In this document: piece after piece, positions 59,555 to 64,000 of the stretch
Layout: each line of letters opens with the position of its first letter
How positions within the stretch are numbered: position 1 is the stretch's first letter
Assembly: GCF_009914755.1 (NCBI RefSeq)
Contig: NC_060933.1
Reading direction: 5' to 3' (one strand)
Length of the DNA stretch: 64,000 bases
Origin: the human T2T-CHM13v2.0 reference genome, Homo sapiens
Program-made: the position numbers and the translations under genes
The notes under the pieces: generated by a model
Seen by the model: only the letters and a program-made list of their open reading frames with translations
Told to the model about the DNA's origin: nothing
Database searches by the model: none

Positions 59555-59734
59555 TGTTCCAGAACGTGTGGCGGGGGTGTTCAGAAACGTGAGGTTCTTT
59601 GCAAGCAGCGCATGGCTGATGGCAGCTTCCTGGAGCTTCCTGAGACCTTCTGTTCAGCTTCAAAACCTGCCTGCCAGCAAGCATGCAAGAAAGATGACTG
59701 TCCCAGCGAGTGGCTTCTCTCAGACTGGACAGAG
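59555..59734 (+). CDS. ADAMTSL1: ADAMTSL1 internal coding exon (180 nt, one TSR): CSRTCGGGVQKREVLCKQRMADGSFLELPETFCSASKPACQQACKKDDCPSEWLLSDWTE
   Basis: Long pyrimidine tract plus CCAG| acceptor and GAG|GTATGT donor, phase 0 to phase 0, in frame with 42490. Confidence 0.96.
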
Positions 59735-60654
59735 GTATGTATGTTCCTCCGAAGAGAATGAAAGAGATCCAAGTAGGAAAAGAAGGCACCCCAGACATAT
59801 ACATAGAAAAGGCAAGAAGAGAACAAAACAATCTTCCTAATATTATGGAATAGTATTTTTGTAACCATATATACCGTAGTGTGTAACTAGCTTTTAACGA
59901 GGCTGCAGGGACCTGAGTTACGCAGCCAGCCCTTACCCAACAATCGGAAGCTTGGAATTGTAAATGGGCTCCTCGTGGAACAAAACCAGACCTCATTGGT
60001 GCTGTTTTGGCCCCAGGATTCTTTTCCACACACTGGGTTCTTCTCCTTCTATCTCCACACCACCCCCTCCTCCTGACCTCCCTGTACCTCTTACTCCCAG
60101 ATGTTTCTGTCTCTATTCAGGAAGGGCAAAGCCTCTCTAGCAAGTCTCTTCCAAGTTACTGGACAATAAAGGACATGATTTATTAGGAAAAGAAGGCCAA
60201 GGAAATCCTGCCTGTTTACTGTTAGTTTCCTGGCTCTAAAATACTTCAACTGCTTCCTATCAAGAGAATTTGATTTCCCTTGTTGTCCTGCACTTTGGGA
60301 AGTGATTGCTTCAGCATTCACCATTCCCGACTTTATCTGCTAAGTTAGAGACATACCTCTGACTAACCTATCTTTCTAAATAATGCCTCTCCTAATTCTA
60401 GCGTACGCCAATTCATTTACACCTAGCTTCAAGTCCTTTGTTTTCAGCCACTACCACTTCGAGTTGCCTTCGACTTCTCCACCTCCATAGACCTGTGTGT
60501 CTTCCATGGAGAAGTCCCCCAAAATTGTTGCCTCACAAGAAGATTTAGCCAAGAACAGAATCACTAGACCTGAAGTGAAAATGTCTGTAAAGCCAGATTC
60601 AAGACCTTCCTTTTTCTAGCATATAAGCATTTGAATTTGCCTTCCTAACCCCAG

Positions 60655-60658
<4 letters not shown>

Positions 60659-60686
<28 letters not shown>
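60659..60686. repeat. Poly(T) run
   Basis: About 28 consecutive T. A similar run lies at about 57414-57434. Confidence 0.9.
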
Positions 60687-61419
60687 GTATAGTATACAAC
60701 TCACAGGAGGGAGCTGCTGCTGCTTGAAATACCTCACAGAGATACTTGCTTACAGAGGGCAAAGCGGCCTGTGAAAATTAAGATCCAGCTCTCTCAACAT
60801 AGGTTCTTAGAATTCTTGCCCATATCTTATCAACCCACATAGAATTCCATGAGATGGTGCCTGCTAAGTGCATTGCAATTAAGAGTTAACTTACATTACG
60901 ACAGGTTTTATAACTTGGCAGTAAAACTGCTTCTTGTGGTATCTCATGCCAAATGTCTCAGAACGTTTGGGGAATTATTTTCTCATGCTTTCTAAATTTG
61001 ATTTCAAGATATAAAGTGTGTAAAATGAGCATGTGTACATTTGTGTGTGTGTGCATGTGCATGTTAGTGACAATTTTTCCGTGGGAATGTTGATTTGGGG
61101 TATGGCATTTGAAGAACAGAGGTAGGTGTATTTGCCAAGTGGCTCTAGGTGAAAACATTCTCTCAGTGGAGTATTATAAAAGGAATTGCTCCCCTAAATC
61201 TATCAGGTAATAGTCTGTCATGAGTGGACTGCTGAGGAAGGGACTTGTGTGTGTTATAATTGTCTTCCTGTGTTCCTGGAGTTTGTGGCCTTTGAAGCAT
61301 ATGAGACAGAGAAGATTCAGAAAACGTTCTTTTGTGCCTGCAGATTTGAGGGGGACCTTTGAGATTTTGGGACTAAGAAAAAGGTCCCATTGGTCCCATT
61401 AAGTACAGTAGGCCTTCAG

Positions 61420-61645
61420 AACAGTATCATGTGTTGTTAAGAGTTCAGACTCAAAGACAGGCAAACCTAGGTTCAAATCCTGACTCTGCCACTTACTGGC
61501 TGTATAACCTTGGGCTAATTATTTAACCTTTTTGGCTTTAGGTTGCTTATCTGTATAATGGAAATATAATAGTATCCATCATGTAGGTGGGAGGATGAAA
61601 TTAAATATAATTTAATATATATTGCATGTAAAATACTTTGTGCCT
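61420..61645 (+). mobile_element. MIR
   Basis: CCTAGGTTCAAATCCTGACTCTGCCACTTACTGGCTGTATAACCTTGGGCTAATTATTTAACC. Confidence 0.8.
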
Positions 61646-63577
61646 ACTAAAAGTGAACCCTTATGATTGTCTTCCATTTGGGCTCACTTGTCATGAGAAG
61701 GAAAGGAAATGAAAGGAAGCACTCACCATGGCTGGCTGGGCCTGAGGCCACAGCTTAGGTCTCCTACAGGCTCTCCTGGTCTTCCTCAAGAGGAAGTTCT
61801 ATTTTGGGAACTGGGAGGAGGTAGCCCTTATCCAACGAATGTTACTAGCTTCTGAGCTATCTGGGTTAATGAATGGAGATTCCAAACATTGAGGAGGGGC
61901 TGGGAATGGTGGGAAGTAATCACTGAATTGTTGGGATTAAACTCAAACTGGTGCCATATTGAAGTGCTCCTGGAGGTGTTCACAAAGGCTCCACATTGAC
62001 CCTGTCATCCTTATGACCATTCCCCTGGCCGTCTGGCTGAGATGAGATGTGCATGCCACACCTCCCATGAGACTGCCCTTGGAGAAGGGAAGACCTAAAT
62101 GATCTATGGGTGTTTTTCATCCTCCACTATCTGGGCTCAATCTCATGGTTACTGCACAGAATCCCATAGAGACAGAATTAAGCCAAAGTTTTAGACATTT
62201 CAAATAAAATTACTTACAGATTCTATTCTGGAAGTAAGACCTCTCAAAAGGCCATACTTCTTTTCTCTGAAAGAAACCCTCAATCTCCTGAAAGAGTTTG
62301 ATATTAAATATTTTTAAATCCTATTTTATGGAAGTTGCTCCTTTCCCCCCAAAAAAAATTCTAAAAGAAAGAATAATTTTAGAGCTAGAAGGAGCTTGAA
62401 AGATCCTATAGCCTAATTACTTTGTTAAAAAATTAAGACCACAGAATGCTTTATCAAATCAAATGTTACTATGAAGCCAATAATCTTAAACAGATAAAAT
62501 TAGAGCTGTTTTGGTTTAAGTTTGAGTAGGGGTCTCAGATCTCCAACGGCTGGGTCTCCTCATCACCTGAGAAGCCCCCGAATCACTTCCTCAACATAGT
62601 TATGGAACACAGTTTTAAAATCCCTGCTCTAGCTTAGCTTCCTTATTCCAGAGATATGGAAATTGAAGCTAGAGAAAGAGCTAGACTTGACCAAAGTCAT
62701 AACCCAGTCTTCTGACCTGAAACTCTGTTTTTATGTTTCTACTTAGCAGCCTTAAAACGACCATGCTCTTTTAAATTTTCAGGCTTCTTACTTCCATCCC
62801 ACCTGATCCTTGGATTTAGCGCTGTCATTTACAATAAAATAAGGAATGGGTGGAATCTGGAACCCATAATTTTCAGACTATAAAAGCAATGGGTTTGATT
62901 CTCACCACTATCCTTTGCATCTTAAATTTCTTTCAGGGTAGCATATATCACAGCACATCACACAGAATAGTGTCACTTCAATATGTTAGCATATAACACT
63001 TGAAAATATAAGATCATTTTTTGTTTGTTTTTTAACCATCATTTTTCAAGTTAACGTGGCACACTCCCACAGCCCTCATTCAGGCAAGCCTGGAGATGAC
63101 AGCCTCCTTCCCCGATGCCCTGCCTCCCATCCATCTCCTGCTTGCATCCCTTCCATACAATGTTGCCAGATTAACCTTCTCAAAACACCTCTTTCATCAT
63201 GTCACCCCCCTCTTCAGTGGCTTCCCACTGCCTTATGGACCAATTACAAACCTCTTGTCTGAAAATTAAAGGTCTCCAAACTAACCCTCAAGCTCCTGAC
63301 ACTTAGAACTTGAGCCCTCTGTTCTGTCAAACTGTTCTGTCCCATGCCTGCCTTGGGACTCCTACACTGAAATTATTATCTTTTTTCTGGAAATTTCCCT
63401 GTCTCCCATCTGATCCCTGTTTCTCTGCACCCACCCAGACTCCAATCATCTTCAAGACCTTGGTGAGGAAATCCCTAGTGTACTATAAGCATTACATTAT
63501 TGTTACCATTAATTTTATACTACTTTACTTGTCTTCTAATTGTATGTTTTTACCAAATTCTGTAATTACAATTCTAT

Positions 63578-64000
63578 AAACAGCTTTATTGAGGTATAAT
63601 TTATATATTATAAAATTTGACTTAGTATGTTTTTAAGGTTTATCTGTGTTGTAGCACATATAAGAACTATACTCCTTTTAATGGCTGAATAATATTCCAC
63701 TGTATAGATATGGCATATTTTGTTTATTCATTCACCAGCTGATAGGTATTGGGTGATTTTCACTTTTGGCAATTATGAATCATACTGCTATGAATGTTTG
63801 CACACAAGTCTTTGTGTGGATGTATGTTTTTGTCTCTCTTGGGTAGATACCCAGTAGTAAAATTGCTAGGTCTCATGGTAAATTTATGTTTAACTTTGTA
63901 AGAAACTACCAATCTGTTTTCTAAAGAGGCTGTATCATTTTACTTTCCCACCAGTAATGAGTGAAACTGCTAATTTTCCATATCCTCACCAACACTTGTT
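63578..64000 (-). mobile_element. Old L1M (L1MB/ME-like) 3' fragment running off the window
   Basis: AACAGCTTTATTGAGGTATAATT...TGGCTGAATAATATTCCACTGT...CCATATCCTCACCAACACTTG. Confidence 0.8.

Noticed and set aside
59375-60029. 128-aa + ORF and 179-aa - ORF
   Set aside because: The + ORF is the real 180-nt exon plus intronic read-through, and the - ORF is its antisense shadow.

Overview
This is primate (most likely human) genomic DNA from the middle of ADAMTSL1 (punctin-1), transcribed on the + strand. Three spliced thrombospondin type-1 repeat (TSR) exons are visible at 10813-10942, 42280-42490 and 59555-59734. They have canonical AG/GT ends and mutually compatible phases, and a probable MIR-derived alternative last exon with a strong intronic poly(A) site lies at about 12278-13200. 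The first 8 kb is a nested retro-structure. A RAP1B processed pseudogene (- strand, disabled CDS 7804-7250) has its 3'UTR split by a full-length, disabled L1PA3-like LINE-1 (+ strand, about 511-6574). The rest is intron filled with Alu, MIR, L2, old L1M, MaLR LTRs and MER elements, and nearly all other ORFs in the track are repeat-derived or noise. The best leads are: (1) the L1 antisense promoter and an open ORF0 point into a RAP1B 3'UTR segment dense in miRNA seed sites, a possible self-assembled antisense mini-gene or miRNA decoy; (2) a ~225-bp inverted templated copy of nearby DNA sits inside an MLT1 LTR, flanked by a 26-bp direct duplication; (3) the alternative terminal exon has five closely spaced AG acceptors. 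Repeat subfamily names are from recognition by eye, not from a RepeatMasker run, and no expression evidence is available from sequence alone.
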